The notes under the pieces are model-generated. The model did not search any database and was not told where the DNA came from. It was given only the letters and a program-made list of their open reading frames with translations. 64,000 nt of DNA from Polyangiales bacterium (lineage in GTDB: Bacteria > Myxococcota_A > Polyangia > Polyangiales > Ga0077539). Numbering within the stretch: position 1 is the first letter of the stretch; every line of letters starts with the position of its first letter. This document shows, piece after piece, positions 8,983 through 17,951 of this stretch. The stretch lies in assembly GCA_044229975.1 (NCBI GenBank), contig JBGARZ010000022.1:89537-153536 (forward strand), in the 5' to 3' direction. A program made the translations under genes and the position numbers.

Positions 8983-10038
8983 TCAGGCCGCCTGCCGGAC
9001 CATGGCCTCGACGGCGTCGAAGAGCGCACGCTGCGAGTGTTCCAGCGAGAAGATGTGGTTGGTCTCGGGCACCACCGCGAGCTCGACGCCGCGCGCCCGC
9101 CAGCGGGCCGGATCGCCCCGTAGCGACGCGTTGCCGAAGTAGCCCATGAAGGTCGGGTGGTACGACGAGCTGTTGAGGAAGCTCACCTTCTGCCCGCGCT
9201 TGAGCACCTCCTGGAAGACCTCGTCGACGAGGTCGTTCTTCACTTCACCGGCCACCTGCATCTGCGCCGCGAGCGCCGCGTCGGGCTGCTCGGGCGGCGC
9301 CTCGGGCTCGACCGGCGGCAGCACGCCCCTGATCGTCTTCTCGATGGCCCCGCGCGCGAAGCCCGGAAGGATCGGCAGCACCCGGTCGACCTGCGCCCGC
9401 GTCTTGATGCGCGCGGCCTCCTTCAACAGCGAGTAGTCGCTCTCGCCGGAGAGCAGCCGTCGCCACGCTTCGACGTCGGTGATCTTCTTCAGGTAGAGCT
9501 CGATCACCGTGTCGGTCTCGCCGGGGCGCGAGCGGAGGAGCTCGGCGGCGTTGTTCTCCAGGAAGCGCTGCCGCGCCGACGAGGAGATGGTGACGGGCAG
9601 GTCGACGATGACGTGGCCGAAGACGTTGGGCAGCGCCTTCGCCGCGAAGAGCCCGGTGATGCCGCCGCCGCACAGCCCGCCGAAGACCAGCGAGCGCACG
9701 CCCGTCTCCGCGGTGAGAAACTGCCCCGCCGCGACGGCGTCGCCGCTGAACCCGCCGCTCTGGATGAAGCCGTAGAGGTCCATCACCATCTGGCCGTGGC
9801 GGGGCTCTCCCTCGGAGTCGCCGATGCCGTGGTAGTCGAAGCGCAGCGTCGGAACACCCGACGCGGCGAGGCGACGGGCGACAGCGACGTTCATCCGCCA
9901 CGCGCCCTGACGCACCTTCTGACCCGCGGAAAACCACACCAGCCCGACGCCGCGCATCGACTGCGGGTCGTCCGGGAGGTGGAGGATTCCGTGCAGCGTG
10001 TGGCCCTTCTCGTTGGTGAACCGGACGGCTTTCTCCAT
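8983..10038 (-). CDS. Alpha/beta hydrolase with Cys nucleophile (exosortase-associated 'hydrolase 1'-like)
   Basis: LRFDYHGIGDSEG, nucleophile elbow GLCGGG, and C-terminal NHIFS His. Confidence 0.75.
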   Translation of the reverse strand: MEKAVRFTNEKGHTLHGILHLPDDPQSMRGVGLVWFSAGQKVRQGAWRMNVAVARRLAASGVPTLRFDYHGIGDSEGEPRHGQMVMDLYGFIQSGGFSGDAVAAGQFLTAETGVRSLVFGGLCGGGITGLFAAKALPNVFGHVIVDLPVTISSSARQRFLENNAAELLRSRPGETDTVIELYLKKITDVEAWRRLLSGESDYSLLKEAARIKTRAQVDRVLPILPGFARGAIEKTIRGVLPPVEPEAPPEQPDAALAAQMQVAGEVKNDLVDEVFQEVLKRGQKVSFLNSSSYHPTFMGYFGNASLRGDPARWRARGVELAVVPETNHIFSLEHSQRALFDAVEAMVRQAA

Positions 10039-10097
10039 GCGCCTCGACCGATGGTCCACGAACGACCGTTACGCCGCAATGTATGAATACGACTACT

Positions 10098-11528
10098 TCA
10101 CAGCGCGAGCGCGCGCCGGGCGAGGTCGCTCTTGAGCGTCGCGTCGGGGTCGAGCCGCTGCTTCAATGCCGCAAACTGGTCGAGTTTGTCGCGCCCATAG
10201 GCCCGCGCCACGTCGTCGGCGGTGATGACCGCGTCCTTGGCGAAGTAGAACTTCCCGCCCGCCTCAAGGACCATCGCGGTCATCTCGGCGAAGCACTTCC
10301 ACAGGGCCTCGCGGTTGTCGCGCGTGACCTTGAAGTCCATCGCCATCGACCACCCGTCGAGCGCGTGGGTGAGCAGGAAGGCGTCGGGCCGGTGCCGCTT
10401 GAAGACGCTCAGGTATGACGGAAACCCGCGGCGGTGTCCGAGGGCGATGAGGGCCTTCATGGTGGCCCGCGCCGTCTCCTTCGGGATGAACACCTGGTAC
10501 TGCACGAAGCCCCCGGGGCCGTACGCGAGCCGCCAGTTGGGCACGTAGTCGAGCAGGAAGGCGAAGGCCACGTGCGACTGCATGTACGAGGCGCCGTCCT
10601 GGAGGTACGACGACCAGTACTTGGCGAAGTTGACCATCCCGACGCCGAGGTCGTGCACGAAGTAGCGCATCACCTCCCAGAGGCGGCTCTTGGGGAAGCC
10701 CAGGATGGTGCCGGGCAACCCCTGCTTCTCGACGTGAAACGAGCTCGCCGGGTCGGGGTCTTCGCCCTCGTGGAGGTAGTACGCCGCGTGGATCTGCCCG
10801 CGACCGATGGAGTCGCCGCGCGCGAAGCTGTCGACCCAGCCGACGAGGTAGTCGGCCTTCGGGATGAGCTCCTCGAAGCAGTCGAACATCGCGTCGAGGT
10901 TGCGCGCGACGTGCGCGTCGACCCGCATGAACCCGCTGTCGACCTTCTTCAGCTTGAGCTTCACGCGCGTGATCGCACCGAGCATCCCGAGGCCGCCGAT
11001 GGCGCCGTGGAAGACGTCGGAGTTGTGCTCGCGGTTGCAGGTGAGCAGGTCACCGCGCGAGGTGAGCAGGTCGATCTCCTGCACGTGGTCGCCGAAGGGG
11101 CCCGCGCGGAAGTTGTTCTTGCCGTGGATGTTCATGGCGAGGCAGCCGCCCAGCGTCGGACGCATCGTGCCGGGCACCACCGCGGGCCAGTAGCCGTCCT
11201 CGATGGTGCGCCGCCACAGGCCCTCGACGGTGATGCCGGGCTCGCACTCGAAGATGCCGGTCGTCGGGTCCCACCGGTGAACACGGGTGAGCTTCTGCGT
11301 GTCGATGATGAGCCCACCGCCGTTGAGCGACGCGTCGCCGTAGCTGCGCCCCGCCCCGCGAAACGCCACCGACATCCCCTCGTCGTGCGCCTTCGCGACC
11401 GTCGCCGCGAGCTCGTCGACGCTCTCCGGCGCCGCGTAGTGGCAGGCCGCGTTGACCGCGCGGCCGAAGCCGTCGAGCACCCGCCACGGGGCGCGCGCTT
11501 CGAGGGTGGTGAGCGTCGGCTTCTGCAT
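10098..11528 (-). CDS. FAD-linked oxidase, decaprenylphosphoryl-ribose 2'-oxidase (DprE1)-like
   Basis: RGAGRSYGDASLN, VVPGT, IHGKN, GGLGMLG, QYQVFIP, YLSVFK and GGKFYFAKDA motifs. ATG at 11528 overlaps the stop of the upstream SDR. Confidence 0.85.
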   Translation of the reverse strand: MQKPTLTTLEARAPWRVLDGFGRAVNAACHYAAPESVDELAATVAKAHDEGMSVAFRGAGRSYGDASLNGGGLIIDTQKLTRVHRWDPTTGIFECEPGITVEGLWRRTIEDGYWPAVVPGTMRPTLGGCLAMNIHGKNNFRAGPFGDHVQEIDLLTSRGDLLTCNREHNSDVFHGAIGGLGMLGAITRVKLKLKKVDSGFMRVDAHVARNLDAMFDCFEELIPKADYLVGWVDSFARGDSIGRGQIHAAYYLHEGEDPDPASSFHVEKQGLPGTILGFPKSRLWEVMRYFVHDLGVGMVNFAKYWSSYLQDGASYMQSHVAFAFLLDYVPNWRLAYGPGGFVQYQVFIPKETARATMKALIALGHRRGFPSYLSVFKRHRPDAFLLTHALDGWSMAMDFKVTRDNREALWKCFAEMTAMVLEAGGKFYFAKDAVITADDVARAYGRDKLDQFAALKQRLDPDATLKSDLARRALAL

Positions 11529-12265
11529 CAGACGTTGGTCCTCCGGAAGAGCCACGAGGGGATGGAGCGAACCACCCACGCCACAAGCGCCCAGCGCCCC
11601 GGGACGAATCCGCTCGCGCCGCTCCCCTTCTTCGCAAGCGCAAGGCAGCGGCGAGCGGCCTCTTCGGCGCTGATGATCCACAGGAGCTTGCCCATGCCCT
11701 TCGTCATCGCCGTCGCGACGAAGCCGGGCTTGGCCGTGACCACGTTGACCCCGTAGCGCGAGCAGCGGTTGCGCAGCGCTTCGAGGTACGCCGAGAGGGC
11801 CGCCTTCGACGTGGTGTAGCCGGGGTTGCCGCGACGACCGCGCTCGCCCGCGATGCTCGACACGCCGAGGATGGTTCCGCTGCGCGCGGCCTCGAAGCGG
11901 GCGGCGACGGGGTTCATCCACGCCATCGCGCCGACCACGTTGACGGCCATCATCTGGCGGTCTTTGTCGAAGCTGTACTCACCCTCGGCGACGGTGGGCA
12001 TCACGCCCGCGGCGTACACGAGCAGGTCGAGGCCGCCGAGGTCGCCGACGATCTTCTCGTAGAGCGCGGGCACCTCGTCGAAGTTCTCCACGTCGTGCGC
12101 GTACGCCTTGAGCTTGTCGTTGCCCCCGCACACGCGCTCCAGCTCCGCGGCGCGTCGCGCCACCACCGCCACCGTCGCCCCGTCGGCGGCGAGCTGCTTC
12201 GCCATCGCCTCGCCGATGCCCGACGACCCGCCGACGACGATCGCCTTCTTGAACACCACGCTCAC
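11528..12265 (-). CDS. SDR, DprE2-like ketoreductase
   Basis: GGSSGIG, SSIAGERGRRGNPGYTTSK (YxxxK intact), KPGFVATAMT; coupled to the DprE1-like gene. Confidence 0.85.
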   Translation of the reverse strand: MSVVFKKAIVVGGSSGIGEAMAKQLAADGATVAVVARRAAELERVCGGNDKLKAYAHDVENFDEVPALYEKIVGDLGGLDLLVYAAGVMPTVAEGEYSFDKDRQMMAVNVVGAMAWMNPVAARFEAARSGTILGVSSIAGERGRRGNPGYTTSKAALSAYLEALRNRCSRYGVNVVTAKPGFVATAMTKGMGKLLWIISAEEAARRCLALAKKGSGASGFVPGRWALVAWVVRSIPSWLFRRTNV

Positions 12266-12377
12266 TGCCGGTCACTGCTCCAACCGCGGGACGCGACCGC
12301 TCGCGTCGTCGGCGGGGAGGGTGCCTACCACGACTCCGCGCGCGGCAACATCGGCCGCCGCGGTGAACGGTCGCGAA

Positions 12378-13220
12378 CTACGCCTGATCGAGCGCTTCGA
12401 GCCACCCGAGCAGCGCGAGCTCGACCTGCTCGGCGCGCGTGAGGTGCACCTTGCCCTCGACGTGCAACGGCTGCGGCTCGACCGCCCGGGCCAGGGTGGC
12501 GCCCGCGCCGAGCGTGGTGATGAGCGCGGCCAGCTCGTTGCTCGCGCGGGCCGTCGGCGTCTTCACCACGTCGATGACCAGCGAGCGCGCGGGGTAGTGG
12601 GCGAGCACCGTCGACAGGTCGATGGCGCGGATGTCGTCGAACTGCGCGGCCGTGAGGTGGTAGCCGAAGACGTTGACGGTCTCGCCCGCGCGCAGCCGCT
12701 CGATGAGCACCTCGCGGGTCACGCCGGCCTTCTTGGTGAGCACCATCTCGCCCGCGAGGTAGGCGCGCAGGACGTCCATCGCGTAGGTGGATCCCTTCAC
12801 CACGGGCTGGAGCAGCGCGAGCGGCGCCGGGCCCTCGGTCGCGCCCACCATCGCGGCGAGCGTCGCGCCGAAGCGCAGCCCGCACAGGACCACCCGCTCG
12901 ACGCCCGACTGCGCCCGCGCGAAGGCGCAGGCCGCACGCACATCGCCCAGCCACGAGGCGACGGTGGCGTCTTCCCACTCGCCCTCGCTGTCGCCGCAGC
13001 CGTGAAGGTCGAAGCGCATCGCCCACAACCCGCGCCCCGCCACCCGCGTGGCGAGCGAGCGGAGGAAGGGGTGCGCGTCCTGGCGCTCTTCCATGAAGGG
13101 GTGGACGAAGACCACCGCCGCGGGGGCGATGGCGAGCGGCGCATCGGTGGCGCGCGGCTCGTGCAGAAAACCGTAGAGGCGGTGTGACCCCGAGGAGAAG
13201 AACTCGCCGCGGTCGCCCAC
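12378..13220 (-). CDS. Alpha/beta hydrolase-fold protein lacking nucleophile (exosortase-associated 'hydrolase 2'-like)
   Basis: HPFMEE, RFDLHGCGDSEG, elbow GLRFGA (Arg instead of Ser), and LLQPVVKG. Confidence 0.75.
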   Translation of the reverse strand: MGDRGEFFSSGSHRLYGFLHEPRATDAPLAIAPAAVVFVHPFMEERQDAHPFLRSLATRVAGRGLWAMRFDLHGCGDSEGEWEDATVASWLGDVRAACAFARAQSGVERVVLCGLRFGATLAAMVGATEGPAPLALLQPVVKGSTYAMDVLRAYLAGEMVLTKKAGVTREVLIERLRAGETVNVFGYHLTAAQFDDIRAIDLSTVLAHYPARSLVIDVVKTPTARASNELAALITTLGAGATLARAVEPQPLHVEGKVHLTRAEQVELALLGWLEALDQA

Positions 13221-13224
13221 CCGA

Positions 13225-13482
13225 TCAGCCCGCGGACTGCTTGCGCCCGATGTAGTCCGCGATGCGGCTCACGGCGTCGAAGTTTTCGGGGAGCATCTCC
13301 GAGTCGAGCACCTCGATGCTGAACTCGTCGCGCAGCCACTCGAAGACTTCGAGCAGGCCGGTGGAGTCGACGATGCCGAGCTCCATCAACGACGCGTCGT
13401 TGGTCACCGCGCCGGGGTCGGCCACGGGGAAGTTCGACAACACGTAAGCCCGCACCTTACCGACCAATTCCTCTGACGCCAT
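13225..13482 (-). CDS. Acyl carrier protein
   Basis: 85-aa acidic protein with SLMELGIVDSTGLLE (phosphopantetheine Ser) and PENFD, typical of DltC-like/standalone ACPs. Confidence 0.9.
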   Translation of the reverse strand: MASEELVGKVRAYVLSNFPVADPGAVTNDASLMELGIVDSTGLLEVFEWLRDEFSIEVLDSEMLPENFDAVSRIADYIGRKQSAG

Positions 13483-13609
13483 CGACCGTATCCCTCTCGC
13501 TGACGAGCCGAGATGGGTTGATATCAGAAGCACCGGGCGGAGGTCACGAAGGTTTCGAGACAACGTCGCGGTTGCGCGCCGCGCTGACGCCGCGGCGTGG
13601 GCCGGGCTG

Positions 13610-15184
13610 TCAAGCGAGGCCCTTCTTCACGATCTTGCCCATGGCGGTCTTCGGGAGCGCGTCCCTGAACTCCACGTGCTTGGGCACCATGTACGCCTCC
13701 AGCACCTGACCCAGCTTCAGGGCGATGTCGCGCTCGGTGTACTTCCCCTTGTGCTCGTCCGAGAGCACCACGAAGGCCTTCACTGCCGATCCGAGGATGT
13801 CATCGGACACGCCGATGACGGCGCACTCGCGCACGCCTTCGATGCGCTCCAGGGCCGCTTCGACCTCGCGCGGCGCGACCTTCTCTCCGCGCGTCTTGAT
13901 GACCTCGTCCATCCTCGCGATGAAGTGCAGGTAGCCCTCCTCGTCGAGCCGACAGTGGTCGCCGGTGTGGAAGAGCACCTCGGTCGGAAACGGCCCCGGC
14001 CGCAGGTACTTCGCCGTCGCCTCGGGCTTGCGCCAGTAGCCCGCCATGATGTGCGAGCCGCGCACCACGAGCTCCCCTTCGGCCGAGCGGTCGTGTCGCA
14101 CGCCGTCGCCGTCGATGACCCAGAACTCCGTCCCCGGGATGGGGATGCCCACCGAGCCGGGCTTGCGGTGCAGGTCGGCGGGCGGCAGCCACGAGACGCG
14201 CTTGCACTCGGTGAGGCCGTACATCGAGTAGACCTTCGCCTTCGGAAACCACCGCGCGATGGCGTCGAGGTGCTTGGGGAGCAGCGCCGCCGCCGTGCTC
14301 GACACGTAGCGAACGTGCTCCATCGGCTGCACCGGGACGTCCTTGAGCTCACCCAACAACGCGAACATCGTGGGGACGCCCGCGAAGCCGGTGACCTTCG
14401 TCTCGGCGCAGCGCTGGAGGATGGCGACGGGGAAGGTAAACGAGCGCTCCAGCACCAGGGTGGCGCCGAGCCGCACCGTCATCAGCCACTGGTAGAGCCC
14501 GTAGTTGAAGGCCATCGGGACGACGCCGAGGATGACGTCGTCGGCGGTGTTCTCCAGCAGGGTCGTCACGCTCCACGAGGCGAAGGCGACGTTACGGTGG
14601 GTGAGCATCGCGCCCTTGGGCTCGCCGGTGCTCCCCGAGGTGTAGATGATGGCCGCGAGGTCGACGTCGAGGGAGCGACGCGGCGGCGCCTCTTCGGGCT
14701 GCGTGGCCACGAGGTCGGCGAGGGACTCCACGCCCGCGACGCTGGCCTTGGCGGCGAGGTCGAGGGCGCGCGGGGTCTGCGGGCCGTGCACGAGCACCGG
14801 AGGCTTCGTCGTCGAGCGCTGACACGCATCGGACCACGCGGTGACGAGCGCGGCGTCGGCGATGACGGCGGCCACGGCGGCGTCGTCGATCATGTAGGCG
14901 AGCTTCTCGGCCTTCACCTGCGCGTTGACGACGAAGAACGCCGCGTCGGCCTTGAGGACGCCGAAGATGGAGGCCGCGACCTCGGGGCTGTTGTCACCGA
15001 AGATGAGCACCCGGTCGCCGCGCTTCACACCGCGTGAGCGGAGAGCGTGGGCGATGCGGTTGGCCCAGGTGTCGAGGGTCGCGTAGTTGAGCGCGACCTT
15101 GCCGGTGAGGAGGGCGGTCTTGGCGGGCGTTCGGGCCGCCGAGGCTTCGAGAAATTCTGCGACTCCGCGGGCACCCAACACCAT
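13610..15184 (-). CDS. AMP-dependent acyl/aminoacyl ligase (ANL superfamily)
   Basis: YTSGSTGEPKG, SMYGLTE, FHTGD, RMDEVIKTRGEK and LPKTAMGKI. Confidence 0.92.
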   Translation of the reverse strand: MVLGARGVAEFLEASAARTPAKTALLTGKVALNYATLDTWANRIAHALRSRGVKRGDRVLIFGDNSPEVAASIFGVLKADAAFFVVNAQVKAEKLAYMIDDAAVAAVIADAALVTAWSDACQRSTTKPPVLVHGPQTPRALDLAAKASVAGVESLADLVATQPEEAPPRRSLDVDLAAIIYTSGSTGEPKGAMLTHRNVAFASWSVTTLLENTADDVILGVVPMAFNYGLYQWLMTVRLGATLVLERSFTFPVAILQRCAETKVTGFAGVPTMFALLGELKDVPVQPMEHVRYVSSTAAALLPKHLDAIARWFPKAKVYSMYGLTECKRVSWLPPADLHRKPGSVGIPIPGTEFWVIDGDGVRHDRSAEGELVVRGSHIMAGYWRKPEATAKYLRPGPFPTEVLFHTGDHCRLDEEGYLHFIARMDEVIKTRGEKVAPREVEAALERIEGVRECAVIGVSDDILGSAVKAFVVLSDEHKGKYTERDIALKLGQVLEAYMVPKHVEFRDALPKTAMGKIVKKGLA

Positions 15185-15207
15185 TGGTCGATGGTCCTCT
15201 CTGGGGA

Positions 15208-16194
15208 CTACTTCACGATCTCGGGGATCGGGTCGATGAGCAGCCCCGTCAAGTGGAGCGGGAGCGTGGCGCGGCGCTTGGCGTCGATGTCCTTGTAGAC
15301 GCGCTCGGCCTGCTCGACGGAGATGTTGAGCACCGGGGCGACCTCGGAGGTGGGCACGCCGTGGTTCTTCGCCCACAGGCAGAGGTCCATCTCCTGGTAG
15401 GGGAGCGCGTAGTAGAACTCGTCCTGACCCTGCGGCAGCGAGAAGGTGTCGGTGGTGGGCGAGCGGCTGCAGATCTCCTGCGGCACGCCGAGGGCCTCGG
15501 CCATCGCGTACACCTGGGTCTTGTAGAGGTGCGCGATGGGCTTCACGTCGGCGAGCCCGTCGCCGCCCTTCACGAAGAACCCCTGGTCGTACTCCAGCCG
15601 GTTGGGCGTACCGACGACCGCGTAGTTGAGCCGGTCGGCGTGGAAGTACTCCAGCGTGGTGCGGAGGCGCTGCTTGAAGTTGGTGGCCGCGACGAGCAGC
15701 AGGTAGGCCGAGAGCGGCAGGGGCTTGGACTCCTGGGTGCCGTCGGGGCGCTCGACGGTGACGCGCGAGATGTTGAGCCGCTCGCCTTCGAGGATGGAGG
15801 GGATGACGATCTTGGACTTCCAGCCTTCGCCGTACTCGGGGAACACGGTGCGGATGGCGTCGTCCTGGCGCTTGTAGCAGCCGAGGGCTTCAAGGGCGGG
15901 GGCGAGGTCTTCGGTGGTGGTCTGGATGCCGAACTTCGCGGCGAGCAGCTTGCCGAAGCTGAGCGACTCGCTGGAGGAGACGCGCTCGGGGAGGAAGATG
16001 CCGTGCACCTTGTCGGGCCCGAAGGCGCGCACCGCGAGGGCGGTGCAGAGCGCCGAGTCGATGCCGCCGGAGATGCCTACGACGAGGCCCTTGCGGCGGT
16101 GGTTGACGGTGACCAGCTCGCGCATCTTCTTGGCGATGCGGTCGGCCTCGGCGGTCATGTCGGCGATGTGGAGAACGTCCCTGGAGAAGCTCAT
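15208..16194 (-). CDS. nadE: NadE-like N-type ATP pyrophosphatase (NAD+ synthetase homologue)
   Basis: GISGGIDS PP-loop, ATNFKQRLR, GTPNRLEYDQGFFVKGGDG, KPIAHLYKTQVY and PTTDT. No glutaminase domain. Confidence 0.8.
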   Translation of the reverse strand: MSFSRDVLHIADMTAEADRIAKKMRELVTVNHRRKGLVVGISGGIDSALCTALAVRAFGPDKVHGIFLPERVSSSESLSFGKLLAAKFGIQTTTEDLAPALEALGCYKRQDDAIRTVFPEYGEGWKSKIVIPSILEGERLNISRVTVERPDGTQESKPLPLSAYLLLVAATNFKQRLRTTLEYFHADRLNYAVVGTPNRLEYDQGFFVKGGDGLADVKPIAHLYKTQVYAMAEALGVPQEICSRSPTTDTFSLPQGQDEFYYALPYQEMDLCLWAKNHGVPTSEVAPVLNISVEQAERVYKDIDAKRRATLPLHLTGLLIDPIPEIVK

Positions 16195-16296
16195 GGCGGA
16201 CGTTGTCTCATAGATCCGCAGCGCATTGAACAGTCCCGAGGGCGGCTCGTACGGAGGTCGACGGGTTGGGGCATCCGTCGTAGGAATCGGTCGCGT

Positions 16297-17232
16297 ATGG
16301 GCATCGACTGGAAGCGTGCGGACACCGAAGGATGGGACATCGAGGACGTCGACCGGGCCCGGACGGTGGCGGACACCTGCCCCCGGTGCGGCCAGGCGTC
16401 GCGGCTGGTGGAGCGCGAGCGGGTGAAGAACCTCTCGGTCTTCGGTCTGGCCCTGGTGGCGACCGAGCGTGGGGGGAGGGTGTTCGAGTGCACCCTGTGC
16501 AACGCGCGCTACGAGGCGCCGGAGGGAGGCGTCGAGCGGGAGGAAGACCTCGACGCGTCGGTGATCGACCAGCTCACCGGCCTGCACGATCAGCTCGACT
16601 CCGTGGAGGAAGACCTCGAAGTGTGGCGGTCGCGGGTGACCCTCGCGGCGCGCAGCAGCGACCCGGTGCTGGCGAAGGACGCGCAGGAGATGTTCGAGCG
16701 GCGCACCCGCGCGGCGGCCTCGCTGCGGGCGGAGATCGACGGGCTCGCGAAGCAGCTCCGCAAGGGATCGGCGGCGGACGAGACGGCGCAGGCGCCCGCG
16801 CGCCGGGGACTGCTGGCGGCGGCCAAGGCTGCCGTCGGCGTGGTCGAAGAGAAGGCGGTGGCGCAGGCGGCGGCGGTGAGCGTGGCGGTGGAGGACGAGC
16901 TCGCGGCGCTGCGGCAGAAGGTGGCGGCGAAGGCGGTCGCGACGGCGGTGGTGGCGCCGACGAAGGAAGACGAGCTCACGGCGCTCAAGCGGCGGCTGGG
17001 GATGCTTCCCTCGGAGGGCGCGGCGAAGCCCAGGGCAGCGACGGAAGAGGCGCCGACGGAGAGCGCGGCGGGCAGCGCGGAGCAGGACGCGGCGGACGAC
17101 GAGGTGGCGGCGCTCAAGCGCAAGCTGCGCGGGACACCGGCGCCCGTCGCGAGCGTGCCCGAGGCGCCGCCGCCCAGGAGCGACGACGACGAGATGGCCG
17201 ACCTGAAGAACAAGCTCCGTCCCAAGCGGTAG
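16297..17232 (+). CDS. Zn-ribbon plus PspA-like coiled-coil protein
   Basis: CPRC...CTLC ribbon; WRSRVTLAARSSDPVLAKDA resembles PspA helix 2; four [ED]DE[LVM]xxL[RK]x[KR] motifs. Confidence 0.65.
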   Translation: MGIDWKRADTEGWDIEDVDRARTVADTCPRCGQASRLVERERVKNLSVFGLALVATERGGRVFECTLCNARYEAPEGGVEREEDLDASVIDQLTGLHDQLDSVEEDLEVWRSRVTLAARSSDPVLAKDAQEMFERRTRAAASLRAEIDGLAKQLRKGSAADETAQAPARRGLLAAAKAAVGVVEEKAVAQAAAVSVAVEDELAALRQKVAAKAVATAVVAPTKEDELTALKRRLGMLPSEGAAKPRAATEEAPTESAAGSAEQDAADDEVAALKRKLRGTPAPVASVPEAPPPRSDDDEMADLKNKLRPKR

Positions 17233-17285
17233 TTCTCGCGACGACGGTGTCCTCGCGGTCGCCGGTCCGTGATACTCAGGTCGCG

Positions 17286-17828
17286 ATGAAGGGCGCATCG
17301 CTGTTGGGACTGCTCGGGCTACTGGCCGTGGGTTGCGCGTCGGGTGGGCGCTACGGCTACGCGCGCACCTACGTGGCGCTCGACGACGAGTCGACGTGGG
17401 TGGCCCGCGCGGAAGAGCCCGTCTACGACGAGCTGCGCCGGTCGCCGGAGCCGTATCGGGGGAGGGTGGTGTCGTTCTTCGGGACGGTGCAGTCGGTGGG
17501 GCGAGGGGAGGGCGGCGCGTCGCGCATCGCGCTCCAGGTGCGTACCCACCAGGAGCGGCACCTCTGCGAAGAAGAGTCGGAGAGCACCTGCCGCGTGACC
17601 GTGAGCGCGCGCGACGGCGGTGCCTTCACCGCGGTGGTCCACCTCCGCCCCGACGACGTCGACGGCGAGAACCGCCTGCAGACCAACTCGCTGGTGCGGG
17701 TGTTCGGCACCGTGGTGCCGGGCGAGTACGACCCCGATGGGGGGCCGGTGATTCAGGTCCAGTACTATCGCCACTGGCCGCGAGGTCAGTACGTGACGAC
17801 CGCCAGCGCCGAATCGATGCGGCGATGA
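17286..17828 (+). CDS. Hypothetical lipoprotein (OB-fold-like)
   Basis: Lipobox LAVGC; YDELRRSPEPYRGRVVSFFGTV and VRVFGTV resemble Slp/OB-type lipoproteins. Confidence 0.7.
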   Translation: MKGASLLGLLGLLAVGCASGGRYGYARTYVALDDESTWVARAEEPVYDELRRSPEPYRGRVVSFFGTVQSVGRGEGGASRIALQVRTHQERHLCEEESESTCRVTVSARDGGAFTAVVHLRPDDVDGENRLQTNSLVRVFGTVVPGEYDPDGGPVIQVQYYRHWPRGQYVTTASAESMRR

Positions 17829-17951
17829 AGCGATGAGGGGGGACTGGACGTACCAGCCCCCGAGCCATAGTCCCGTACGCGTCGGGGCGATGGTACAAAC
17901 CCACCCGTAAGTCCCTCAAATCCACTGACAGCTTTCCGAAGGAGTCGTTCC

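Noticed and set aside
13225..15184. NRPS/PKS secondary-metabolite cluster
   Set aside because: No condensation, ketosynthase or canonical thioesterase domain; the context fits envelope modification better.
15184..17298. 682-aa (+) and 696-aa (-) ORFs as single large proteins
   Set aside because: Each is a real gene extended by the antisense shadow of its divergent neighbour; real starts are near 16297 (+) and 16194 (-).
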